Below, piece after piece: positions 53,301 to 64,000 of a DNA stretch of 64,000 bases. Position 1 is the first letter of the stretch. The number at the start of each line of letters is the position of its first letter. Position numbers and translations under genes: made by a program. The stretch covers positions 158,596,001 to 158,660,000 of the forward strand of contig CM097883.1 in NCBI GenBank assembly GCA_044892505.1. Direction: 5' to 3'. Source of the stretch: Schmidtea nova (Eukaryota). The notes beneath the pieces were generated by a model. That model saw only the letters and a program-made list of their open reading frames with translations, did no database searches and was not told where the DNA came from.

Positions 53301-56300
53301 TCTATTATGAAGTTATCTTTCAAATCAAATGGAATCCAAATTCTTTTCAAAAACTTTCTCTAGTTTTTGTAATATCCATTGAATTTTTCTATCATAATGA
53401 AAAAGGTTTTTGTATTATAGCTTAAATTTTTGTTTTCAACTTTCCCGCCTTATGATCTCTAGGGATCATCTGACATTGCACACATGGATGGTATTCAATT
53501 TTTGATAATGTATCTTCATTTCCATGAGTTTCACCTTTACGATATTTAAGAATTATTTCATGACTACTTAACTGATTTATCCGTGTTTGAAACTGAGGTG
53601 TCAGTTTTTAACATGAAAGTTATTGCTTTGAGGTCAGTTCGTAATTTAATTTTTTCCGCATAGATAATGTTTAAAATGTCGAGCAGAGTAAAATATTGAT
53701 AAAAATTCTTTACTTGTAATGCAGTAAAACTTACATCAATATCCAAAATAAAAATTTTGGTAAAATCAGGAAAAGCTAGTATTTAAGTTTTAAAAATTGG
53801 TTCTTTTAATCCGCAAAATGCAGTATCACATTCATCAAACCATGTGATTTTTTTCTATAAAAAAATTTTTTTCTACATAATAATTCTACATAATTTCTCT
53901 AACACTCGTATATCTTGTGTAATTTTTGATAATTTTTCGATGAAAGTTTGTTCGTCCTAGAAAACTTTTCAACAATTTTAGGCATTTTGGCCTTTGGAAA
54001 TTTTCTATGATTTCTAATTTGTTTCTATAAGTTGAAAATTTTATTTGTTAATAATATGGCTATTATTTGTTTGGCTTCTTAAATTAAGAAAATCCATAAT
54101 TTCAAAAAACTATATTTTAAACGCAATACAAATTTCAATATTATTCAAACAATTTCCTTTTTTAAATTAAAATATTTTAGCAAGCATGAATAACAATTGA
54201 ATAGGGAATATTCATATAAAAGCATTCAAAAAGTATTTTATATTTTTAATTTCCAATCATTCTTAAATATGAAATTTATAGTCAAGTCAATTAATAATTT
54301 CAAATTTAAATATTTAAATTCAATTTATTTATTTTATAATTTAATTTTATTATAGTTTTTAAATCTATTTAAATCTGAAATTTAAATACTATTTCTATTT
54401 AATAATTCTCACGATGTCCTAACAATTTAATTTCATGTTAGATGAATTCACATTGATCTGAATTAATTTTTAACCACGATTCTCTTATTTTTCCAAACAC
54501 TTTCTTTAATCTTTTATAATATTCATTCAATGTCGCAGAAAAATTATTATGTCATACAAGTAAACGATTGCTTCTTTGTAATTCATTTCACGCAGTACTT
54601 TATTCATAAGTTTTCGAAACGTGGTTGGAGCAGTTTCTATACCAGAAGGCATCCGATTAAAACAATATTGTTTATTTTGCGATAAAAATCCTATTTTTCA
54701 GTTTGAACGTTCTTTTAGTCCTACTTGGTAATAAGTATTACTTAGATCAATAGTTGTGAAAAACATTGAGCCTTATAGTATAAATAATATTTCCTCCGTA
54801 CTTATGATTGGAAATATTGCTCATTACGCGATTGAATTCAATGCTCTTTAGTCTAAATTTATTCTAATTTCATCATTGTTTTTGTGACTTAGAATTTGTA
54901 ATTTCAATTAAATATTGAAATTAATAAATTCATGTATTTTAATAATAAGTAAGAATATGCAGAATCTTGGAATTAAAAAAAAATATTTAAAATTAAATTG
55001 TTGTCTTATTATTAATATATTATAAAGAATCTGACATGGCGTCACGAGCAGTTATTCAGGAAATGCTGATCAAAGAAAAATTTTCAAAATTATTGGTTTT
55101 GCACAAACGTGGGAATATTCAAGAAGCTATAGTGTAACTCATAGCAAAAGTTAAAGAAAATCAAGATCTATTTAGTCAATGTGAATATTTTACTGAAAAA
55201 GATAAATGCCAGATATTTCTCCGTTATTTCAACGATGAAATCGTCAAAGAAGTAGACTATGAGAAAAATGAAAAGGATGGGAAACGTGACAACCATTTTT
55301 ACTCAAAGGAAATCTGAAAATTATTGGCGGTAAAACATTCTGATATTTCATTAATAGCTGCAATTTTCAGGGAAACAACGCTTAAAAAAGACGAAAGCAT
55401 TGTTGATTTTGAAAGAAGAATCAGAATGCGCTTCATAAACTGGGGAAAAGATCATGAATCGTTAACGATAAAAGTTTTTATTAAAGGAGTCCAAAGCAAG
55501 TGCTTTGAAGTTTACAAAGCCAAAAATATTAGAAGAAGTTCTGGAGAGGTAAAAGAAGAAAGCGATTTAAAAATTCTACTGAGGATGAACGAGCTTATTG
55601 CAATGCAATGACAGGTTAAATTGATCGATTTGATATTAATAAATCCTTAACAGAATAAATCTTAATGTTAAAGAAAATAATTGAAAAGTTGCAGGGAGCA
55701 CAAAGAAACACCGGACAAAATTGGGGACAAACAGATCAGAGTCAATTACAAGTAGATATAAGAAAATATTTTAAATGTAATCAAATGGAGCATATAGCCA
55801 GGTTCGGGAGGTCACGGAAAATTAACACTAAAACCCAAATCAAATGTTTCAGATGTAAGTGAAATCACTTGATTAGGTACTGCAAAAATCTGAACCATTT
55901 CATAAATTTTCAAGAAGAAGAGGATAGTAAAACCAATTCAGTCCATGAAAAAATGAGCGAAAACGAAGAAAAATGCTTAAATGTTATTAATGATTGGAAC
56001 AAGAAAACAAACAAGGTTATCAGGAATTTAGAAAATAAACTAACGTTGGAAGAAAAATATGAAAATTTTATGAATAGTAATGTCTCAAAACCAAGGAAAC
56101 AACTCTTGGAAACAACTAAAGGAAACAACAATAGCAGGCCAATTTAATATCAAATAAAAGCAATGGCAAGGCAAAATACAAACCAATTGCAAAATTCTCA
56201 ATAGGAAATCATAAAATTAAAGTTTTGTTTGATACAGTAGCGGGTTTAGATGTCATTAGCGAACAATTAAGTGAGACTTTTAAAAACCAAAACGGTGCCA

Positions 56301-56445
56301 TTAAAGTATATGAGAGCAACACTAAAGTTAGCTGAGTAAACGGAAGCGAAGTAACATCTATTGGAAAAGTAAAATTAAGCGTTGCAATAGAACCGGTTTT
56401 TACAAATCATGTATCTGATATTATTCAAAATATTTTGTCACACAT

Positions 56446-56479
<34 letters not shown>

Positions 56480-59400
56480 TGGTATCAGAAGTATGAAAAA
56501 ATATGGAATAAACGTGATGATTGTATTGATATTCATACTAGTAATATTTATTAAAACATAATGAACCGAAGAAACGAAAAAATACAAAAGTATACGAATG
56601 TGATTCATCAGAAAAGATTGTACATTGATTCAGTCATGTAAAGATTGTCAGCACCACAAGTATTTAAATGGAAGAATTAAAGCACCTTTGTCGAGTATGA
56701 CAGCAGTCGAACCATTTCAGATGATAGGCATATAACGGGACCATTCAATGTGGACAAAAAAGGATATAAAATATATTAGGGATTATTTTTCGAAATATGT
56801 AAGCCTAAAACCCATAAGGATAACGGTAGCACAAAATGGAGCAAGGGAATTATTTGTACAGTGGATCTCAAAATTTGGTGTGCCAGTAAGAATTCATACT
56901 AATTTTAATTCGAGATTTTTTTCAGAATTCTGTAGATTAATGAGAATACAGGAAACCATCAATTCTCCATACTATCTACAAAATGATGGCTTGATTGAAA
57001 GATTATTTAGAACAGCGAAAGCTATATTAAATGCCTTAATGGAAAAGAAGAAATCGAATTAATGGAGTACTTTATTACCGGTCGTTTAATTCTGCATAGA
57101 ATATGCAAAACAAAGTACTTAAAAATTTAGACCATTGAAATTGGTATTTGGCCGAAAATCAAGATTACCATTAAACTGCAGAATAAACGTGAACTAAGCA
57201 GAAACAAATGAAATTGATTATTTGAAACAATTACAAGATAACCTTCAAAATATACATCGAAAAACCAATAGTGAAACGATGAAAAAAAAGAGTATGAAAA
57301 GAAAATAGATGGAACTCTGAAGTAATAATCGGTGATAGAGGGCATTTGACAGAAAGTTTATTGGTCATCTTATAGTAAAAAAGATTAAAAACAAATGGAC
57401 ATATCTATTGTATAGCATACAATTAAGAAAGACACTTTGTAATCAAATAAAATTACTGAAGAGCATTAATAAAGAAAGAAAGATGAATTCAAAAGTGAGT
57501 ATAAGCATTGTATCGTGAAAACTTAAAGAAGGACTTTCAGATACAAAGGAGAGAATTTCTATCATTCAATAAGGAAAAGTAGATGAGATAATTAGAAGAT
57601 ATCCAGCCAGAGAATCGAGAAACAAAGATAGTAAAAGAGGGGGATGTGGCACATCGAATTTATAATTTCAATTAAATATTGAAATTAATAAATTCATGTG
57701 TTTTTAAAAATTTTAATATATCACATATATTGACTCACGTAAATTTTAGAAGAAAATGTTCAGTTTCACATATGGAATTTCCAATGGGGAAACCACAGTA
57801 AATTGTAGATAGGAGCGAAAATTATCTGATTTTATTTTAAATCAGGTATGTCAAATAATGGAATATAAACATCCACTAAAAGTTGATGATTTACCATATC
57901 CAATCGAAGATATTCAAATTCTATCTGTTACAGTGACTGTCGATATCGGAATCAGCGTTAATTTATATTTATTATTTAAGAAAAGAAATTGCATATATGA
58001 ACTAGACATATTTCCAGTTTTAGGATATGTAAAATATAATCCATTATGTGTAAACGTATTTGCCAGAGGTAAAATAGTAATACTTGATAATTAAATATTT
58101 GATTGATTGAACAAATAATTAACGAAATAAAATCGATGATTGAGGATTATGAAATTCTAAACTTTTTATTAAGCATTACCTAATTGTTTGTCACGTATAC
58201 GAAATATATGTCTATGTTTTTTGATTGGTTGGTGTGTTGCAAAATTATATATATATATATAAGTCAATTATTCTTTTAAATATAAAAATGTTAAATGCAT
58301 CAGAATAAGAATCAGTTTATCTACTTATGATTTTAATTTAATTTAATTTATTTTAAAAACAATCATTCAAGTAGTTATTGATATTGTGTGGAAAGCTCTA
58401 AAGATATGGATCTTCTCGAGAAACAATATAACAGAGAATTACGGTAGACCACCGTAATTTGGAAGAGCCTGCAATAAAATTGAAACCCATTTGTTGCATT
58501 CATTGAAAATGCTGCCCGAATTATAAGCTTCTGTATTGTAAAAAAGAGCTATGTATCAGCTCGACAGATGACACAGTACGCAAAGAGATGTGGTCAAATA
58601 ATAAATATTTATTAACATATTTGGCTTTGTTATTTATTTTATACTCGTTTACTGGTTTAGATTTAATTTTAATTTTTATTGTGGTTGAAATTCAATTTGT
58701 GAGCAATTCATATGTATCATTTTGATTAGTTGCATATACGCAACCAATTTTAGTATAAATAAAAGTTTTTATTAGGATTATTGTATTTTTTTAATGCAAG
58801 GAACTAAGTTATTTAGCAGCACTGTATCTAATGAAATTGATTCAATCAAGTCAGTTAGATTAAAGAAAGGTACTTTGTCACATTAATCATGATCACAAAA
58901 TATATATTAAAGTTTTGAAATCCATGTTAAACTGAGTAAGGCTCAGTATTCCAATCTTCATGGAAATATATCTAAAGAAGATGTTCTCTCATCAATAAAG
59001 TTTTGAATCAAATCAACAAGTTATTTTGTACCAAAAACGTTTATCAATACTAGACATGCCAGATTTCATAATGCATCTGAAGAAATAGAATTCAAAGACA
59101 TGTAAAATTGGTATATTAATATTATAATTCAGTGTTATAAAGTTGATCCAAATGAAATTACATCCTCAATGTGGAGAATTAATAAAGTTTGTTTTTTAAA
59201 AATTTGTCTGTCTTTGTTTTTGTATTATTATATTTTTATTGTGTTTGTTTTTATGTTGGTAATTCAAAGTTTTAAAAATTTTAATTCGTGTGAAATACTG
59301 TTATTAGTAGTATTAGTAAACCTATGTTAACATTGATGCTACATAAATCTTATAGAGCATAAAATTCAGAATATGAAATATGTCGGATGTAGCTTAGGGA

Positions 59401-60767
59401 TTTAGGCACTCAAATGAAATTTTTTGATTAATTTCGATTTATCATAGGATCATGCTCAAATCCAAGTCGGTTGGCCTTTTTTGTATTTTTCACTTTTTAC
59501 GAAATTGGATTCAGCATATTGAATTTGAAATAAACTGGAATTTTAAATACGATTTGTAGTTATTTTATACAAATCGAATGATTTATTTCAAAATTTTCTT
59601 TGATTATATAAATTATTAATTAAAATACTTCATACATTTCGTACATCGATTTATTTTTTCATGATCCTTTTACAAATAATATGTAATCTCGGATTTATAA
59701 ATATAAGTAGATACTAATTAATACAGTAAATTTTGAAATGGAACTGTTTTTCGATTTTGCAGTGGTTTAGTTGTTGAGTGGTAGCAGAAGTGGGAGTGGG
59801 AATAGGTAGTACATCTTAGATGCAGTGAAATTTTAGAAATAAGTGTGCAGAATATGATAAAACGAGTTTTTCATTCTTGGAAGATTGTATTGATATAGAA
59901 GATTATGGAATAAAACTTCAAGGAATATCCTAACAAAAGTCATATATCCTCCCCAAAATTAACATTGTATAGAAAATAAAAAAAGTATTTAATCAAATTT
60001 ATCGACACCAACAATAATTAGCTCCGCAGTAACGGTGTTGCATTAAATGAAGCATTAATAAATGACATGATGTCATTGACTTATTACATGAGAGTTCAAA
60101 GGCAACGTTCCCTCTAAGCTGAGTGGTTGAGCAGCCGCTCACCTAAAATTATATTTCTGCCCAGCCAAATAATTTTCCGCACACATGAAATTTTTTCAAT
60201 TTTTTTTTCTTCAAATTTTCAGATTTTGCTATTGCGAATTTGTTAATTTGGTAAGGATAGACGTGAAAATTTTGAAATTAAATTGAAATTTTTTTTATTT
60301 ACATAACTTGCTTTTGGATTTTTAATTTTATTCAAAAAAAATATTTTCAAAAAATTTGTCAGTTTTTTTTTTACTAAAAAATAATTGCCCACATAAATTT
60401 TCTGCCGCCCATGTTTTGAAAAAATTAGAGGGAATGTTATTCAAATGTCAATATTGCAAAGATTTTTTTTTTGAAAGAATGAATGGAAACTAGCTGGTGG
60501 ACAGATATAAAATTGATCAAGTTCCTGAAGTTGTATAACAGCTCTATTGTGAATAATTTATTATTAAAAAGGATAAATTAATAATTTGATATGAATTAGA
60601 AAGTTAAAAATTACTCCTTGGAGATCACTGTCCAGGTCAGGAGGAGGAGCAACAGCATCATTTGTATTGATTATAGGAATAATATTTAAATGAAGCAATT
60701 CGTTCAAAGTTCCGCGAAGATTTGCTCTTGTTTGATCATTATAAAAATCTGGTTTCGTTAAAAGTAT
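35163..60767 (-). CDS. ALDH18A1: Delta-1-pyrroline-5-carboxylate synthase (bifunctional gamma-glutamyl kinase / gamma-glutamyl phosphate reductase), 5'-partial
   Basis: Exons 60767-60615, 51699-51451, 51398-51266, 51213-51070, 46857-46640, 46590-46254, (start in N gap)-45147, 43551-43362, 36721-36626, 35326-35163 (TAA). Motifs [93 protein letters not shown]. Confidence 0.96.
37285..39000 (-). mobile_element. Penelope-like element remnant with 3' minimal hammerhead-like motif
   Basis: [11 protein letters not shown] (RT thumb) near 38600, GIY-YIG-like debris at 37690-37980, and CTGAAGAAG-stem-GAAA motif at 37317-37285. Confidence 0.55.
39321..41100. repeat. Foldback-like element: ~105-bp near-perfect inverted arms about 1.2 kb apart, with ~45-50-bp subrepeats
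   Basis: 39350-39456 is the reverse complement of 40689-40795; TTTGACCCATCGCATTCCATGTAATAA-like units recur at ~40774, 40824, 40867, 40916 and 41069. Confidence 0.8.
44366..44771. mobile_element. hAT/Charlie-type MITE
   Basis: TIRs CAGCGTTTCCCAACC / GGTTGGGAAACACTG; TSD CATTAAAT / CATTTAAT; a second internal right end at ~44446-44464. Confidence 0.85.
46254..46857 (-). CDS. ALDH18A1: P5CS GPR-domain exons
   Basis: 49-nt intron 46591-46639 joins PDCLPQ to [17 protein letters not shown]. Confidence 0.95.
46970..48088 (-). mobile_element. mariner-type transposon, decayed
   Basis: [18 protein letters not shown]-terminal mariner motif; [10 protein letters not shown]; TIR-like TATTAGGTAACTAAAAATGTTCGTGC at the 48088 end with a degenerate partner near 46970. 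Confidence 0.75.
48920..49700 (-). pseudogene. act: Intronless actin pseudogene inside a P5CS intron
   Basis: [20 protein letters not shown]..., [31 protein letters not shown]; frameshifts and stops; last ~100 codons absent. Confidence 0.9.
51070..51699 (-). CDS. ALDH18A1: P5CS exons spanning the GK C-terminus and GPR N-terminus
   Basis: Two 52-nt introns (51399-51450, 51214-51265). Confidence 0.93.
52400..54780 (-). mobile_element. Decayed Gypsy pol (RT, RNase H, integrase)
   Basis: [47 protein letters not shown]; H2C2-like integrase remnant at 53063-53350. Confidence 0.75.
54883..57720 (+). mobile_element. Internally deleted Gypsy LTR element with both LTR starts
   Basis: 5' LTR TG(54883)...ACA(55036) then PBS TGGCGTCACGAG; gag knuckle, protease FDT, integrase ([10 protein letters not shown]...[11 protein letters not shown]); PPT AAAAGAGGGGGA then TG at 57645 repeating the 5' LTR sequence; RT missing. 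Confidence 0.8.
60103..60439. mobile_element. hAT-type MITE
   Basis: TIRs CAACGTTCCCTCTAA / TTAGAGGGAATGTTA; TSD TTCAAAGG / TTCAAATG. Confidence 0.8.
60615..60767 (-). CDS. ALDH18A1: First visible P5CS exon (GK domain)
   Basis: [51 protein letters not shown]. Confidence 0.93.
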
Positions 60768-61356
60768 CTAAATTATATAATGTGAAAAAATTTTCAAAAT
60801 CGAATTACGTTTAAATAATAATTATAATAATGATAAATAATAAATTTAATAATAATATTATTATTATGTAAAAGTGAGCTATTAAAAATTACAAGAGTGA
60901 TTGAGTGGGGGTTTGGTGACATTCCCAGTGAAAGAATTGTAATGTTCTGTGGTCACACCAATCCATTCAATCAAAGAGTGTTTTGGAGTCTTTATTATTA
61001 TGTCGATGTATTTGTTGTTTCATTGTATATTTTATGCACCATAATAGCTCTCGTTAGTAATGTTTGGATATTTTTTAACTGTATGTGTCCATTTGTGTCC
61101 GTTTGAATTAATAATTACTAATTCTGATTAAATAAATTAATATGTTCGTTGATAATAATATTACATACTTTGATTAGAGATGTTATAATCATTTAATGCC
61201 TTGTCTTATTTATATTTAATGTTGTGTGATTACCTATGTAAAAATTTTGTAATACTGAATATTTTGTTATTTTTATAAAAGATGTGTTTAAAAGATGTTA
61301 GCGGATACCGCACAAAAAAAATATATATATATTAGTTAACGCTTTTGAATTGTCTT

Positions 61357-62547
61357 ATGAATTTTATTTATAAAATATATTTGCCAAATTCTAATTACTT
61401 TACGGTTCAAGCCAGCAATGATAAAACGATGAGAGATATATTGAAAAACAAGTTGATATTTTACAATCTTGATATTAAAAATTTGATGCTAATCAATTCT
61501 GACAACGGGGAGTTAATTAATTGGGATTCACATTCTACCTTGATTTCTAAAGCAACATCCCAATTAAAGTTAATTTACAGAAAAGACCTCAACGAATCTA
61601 AATTTCATTTCAGCCATAAAGTTCAAAGAAAAGTATGCTTTGATAAATCATATTGTGACCAATGTCATAAATCTGTGTTTACTGGAAGATTGTGCAAATT
61701 GATCTATAAATTGTTTCGTTACCGATGCATTTCTAGTAAAAATAAAATATGTGATCCATTTCTGCACTTTGAAAATTTGAATGTTAATGTGAAAGATGAG
61801 AACAGAATACCTAAATCTCTTAGCATACCAAACTACTCGTTAAAATCTAATTCTTTGAAATCATTTCCTTCTAAAATATTTAGAAAATTTAGTCAAAATA
61901 AAGTATCCAGTGTAAATTCTTCTCATTTATCAATGACTAATTTTCGAATTTCTAAAGTGATAAAATCCTCAAATGTGATTTTTAATATTTCTGAAGGTGA
62001 AGTCAATTCACCGAACTTTAGCAACACTGATTCAAATAAAGTTATTAATTTGAAACGAAGTCACCCTGACAGTACAAGACAAAACATTGAAAAAACAGTA
62101 AAATCTTCATATGATGATTATTGTATCCTTTGCAATGACGATAATAATAAATATTCCAAAACATTCAAATTTACCTCCTTAGGATTAATAAACAATAGCA
62201 TTAAAGCGACAGGAAACTATAATATTGATAAAACCACTTACAACGTACGTTTCTTGGAGCCAAATAGATACAATGTTCTGTGTATTTTAAAAATAATTAT
62301 TTCCAAATATAGTCCGGTAGTTCAAATTCAAAATGAAAGTTCAATTCACAGTTCCAATCCCCCATACACAAATACAGTTGCCCAGCAACACAAACTTCGG
62401 CCACCGGAACACTACGAAGTATTATTGAATTTATTTGTAAAATTACTTAAAATTAAATTCGGGGAAACAAAAATAAAATTGATGAATCGGCAACCACACC
62501 AAAAAGCAGAATACCTTGGTGTGATTCCCGGTTCATCAAAAGAATGA
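61357..62547 (+). CDS. Raf-like N-terminal region: Ras-binding domain + atypical C1 domain + Ser/Asn-rich tail; no kinase domain in window
   Basis: IYLPNSNYFTV...TMRDIL...LINWD matches RBD consensus; H-x12-C-x2-C-x9-C spacing equals the Raf-1 cysteine-rich domain. The 3' part of the ORF may include in-frame intron sequence. Confidence 0.7.
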   Translation: MNFIYKIYLPNSNYFTVQASNDKTMRDILKNKLIFYNLDIKNLMLINSDNGELINWDSHSTLISKATSQLKLIYRKDLNESKFHFSHKVQRKVCFDKSYCDQCHKSVFTGRLCKLIYKLFRYRCISSKNKICDPFLHFENLNVNVKDENRIPKSLSIPNYSLKSNSLKSFPSKIFRKFSQNKVSSVNSSHLSMTNFRISKVIKSSNVIFNISEGEVNSPNFSNTDSNKVINLKRSHPDSTRQNIEKTVKSSYDDYCILCNDDNNKYSKTFKFTSLGLINNSIKATGNYNIDKTTYNVRFLEPNRYNVLCILKIIISKYSPVVQIQNESSIHSSNPPYTNTVAQQHKLRPPEHYEVLLNLFVKLLKIKFGETKIKLMNRQPHQKAEYLGVIPGSSKE

Positions 62548-64000
62548 CTGAAATTTTTTATTAAATATTTATAATGAACTACTAAGGTTATTTATTTTAC
62601 ATATTAAACATTTCTTTGATAACAACATTCTTGTAAATGCGCGCGCATATAGTTTATACCGGTTTTCATAGTTTAAAAGTAACTATGATACAAGTAGGTG
62701 TGTACATCTACTCGATACTCATAGTTACTTTGTTGAATTTATTCAATTTTTAAAAAAGGCTATCAGGTAAGTTTATTTATCAAGATATCTTTTAATGCTT
62801 CTATTTTGATCTTACAATGATATAACATCACTATAGAAACTTTGAAAGTTTATTTATATTCTTCAATTTTATTTTGATTTTATATTTATTAGCTTTTTAG
62901 AAAAATATGATTTTTTATAAAATTTTTCGGAAGTATTTTACATTAAACGTAAGTAAAATATTTTTTAACAACAGTTTATCAATGAAATTAATCATTCTCC
63001 GAATATTTCCATTATATTTGTTCTACACTTATTTTTCTTTAATTTTTAAATACTTTCTAGGAAATCATGCTTTTTTAACATGTTTTGAGAATTATTTTAA
63101 TTTAACGTGTGTTAAAAATCAATTTTAACTAAGAATTATTATAATTATTATTAAATAAAAATTTTTGAAATATTTTTCTTGGATATTTCAAGAAATAATT
63201 TAATTAAGCTTAACTTTTTATTTCAAAAATTGCCAAATTTTATTGTCAGCGTTATCTGAGACTTCAAAATTATCTAAATTGCAGTGTAAATATGCTTAAT
63301 TGTCAATAATTTGAAAATAATTAGACGGAATTATTTTTTTGTCTACTAAAAATGTTAAAACTTTGCAAAATATTTTTGGAAATATATGAAATTTTATATT
63401 AAAATAAAACTTATTATGTTATTTATCCATTTTCTCGACAACTTCTCTAGGAAATATTCCAAATATTTACCCAAAAACCATATTTTAAAAATCAATAAAT
63501 TTATTATAGGACTTTGAATCGCGTAAAAAATAGCACCCTTAAAATTTTGCAAGCAATTTTCTTTGTCTGTTGTGTTTGTGTTTATAATTTATTTTTTCTT
63601 ACAGATTGTCTACCACATAATAAATCTTTTTAACTACGTAAAATCAACAGTTAACATCAACGTAAGTTATCATTTGAAATTGGTTATTAATTTTTAATAT
63701 TATAGAAACTTTTATTGTACGAAAACAGGTTTAAAAGTTTTCTGTGATAAGGAACATCACATATACAACACACAAGCAAAGATTCATGATTTTTTCCTCT
63801 ATTTTAGTGCTATGTAAAGTGGGTTATTTCAAAACACAAATTATTAAAAAAAACACGCTTTTTACAGATCTAAATGCTTTTATAGCAATTTTTAAATGCA
63901 GTAGTCCGAAAGGTTGCTTATTTAATATAAAGTTTAAGAGGTAAAATAATTCAAATGAAATTGAAAAGCGTTTCATATTTTCAAACATAGCAAATTATAA

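Noticed and set aside
57858-59200. Several partly open frames suggesting a decayed gene
   Set aside because: Multiple stops and no identifiable family.

Overview
Strongly AT-rich animal genomic window with seven N-gaps; not prokaryotic, no CRISPR. Two spliced genes could be reconstructed by hand on the minus strand. (1) A fibrillar collagen alpha chain (exons 24764 to 9228) with a 340-triplet (1020 aa) major helix and the first half of a COLFI C-propeptide; its signal-peptide exon and last COLFI exon(s) were not found. (2) Bifunctional P5CS/ALDH18A1 (exons 60767 to stop at 35163), whose 5' exons were not found in the window. A Raf-like RBD+C1 ORF (61357-62547, +) lies antisense upstream of the first visible P5CS exon, and a decayed intronless actin copy sits in a P5CS intron. 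Introns are bimodal: 41-52 nt, or 1-9 kb and full of transposon debris (Gypsy, Penelope-like, hAT, piggyBac, Tigger/pogo, mariner, Merlin, foldback). The left end holds a ~100-nt 28S rDNA fragment interrupted at the R2 target site, followed by a well-formed HDV-like ribozyme. The best leads are an in-register four-triplet glycine-free break in the collagen helix, the R2 HDV-like ribozyme with a covaried P1.1, and the nested Raf-like ORF with a damaged C1 zinc finger. The organism is not identified. Tiny introns, divergent 28S and low GC suggest a highly derived invertebrate (orthonectid-like is only a guess). All structures were read by eye; no database searches were run.
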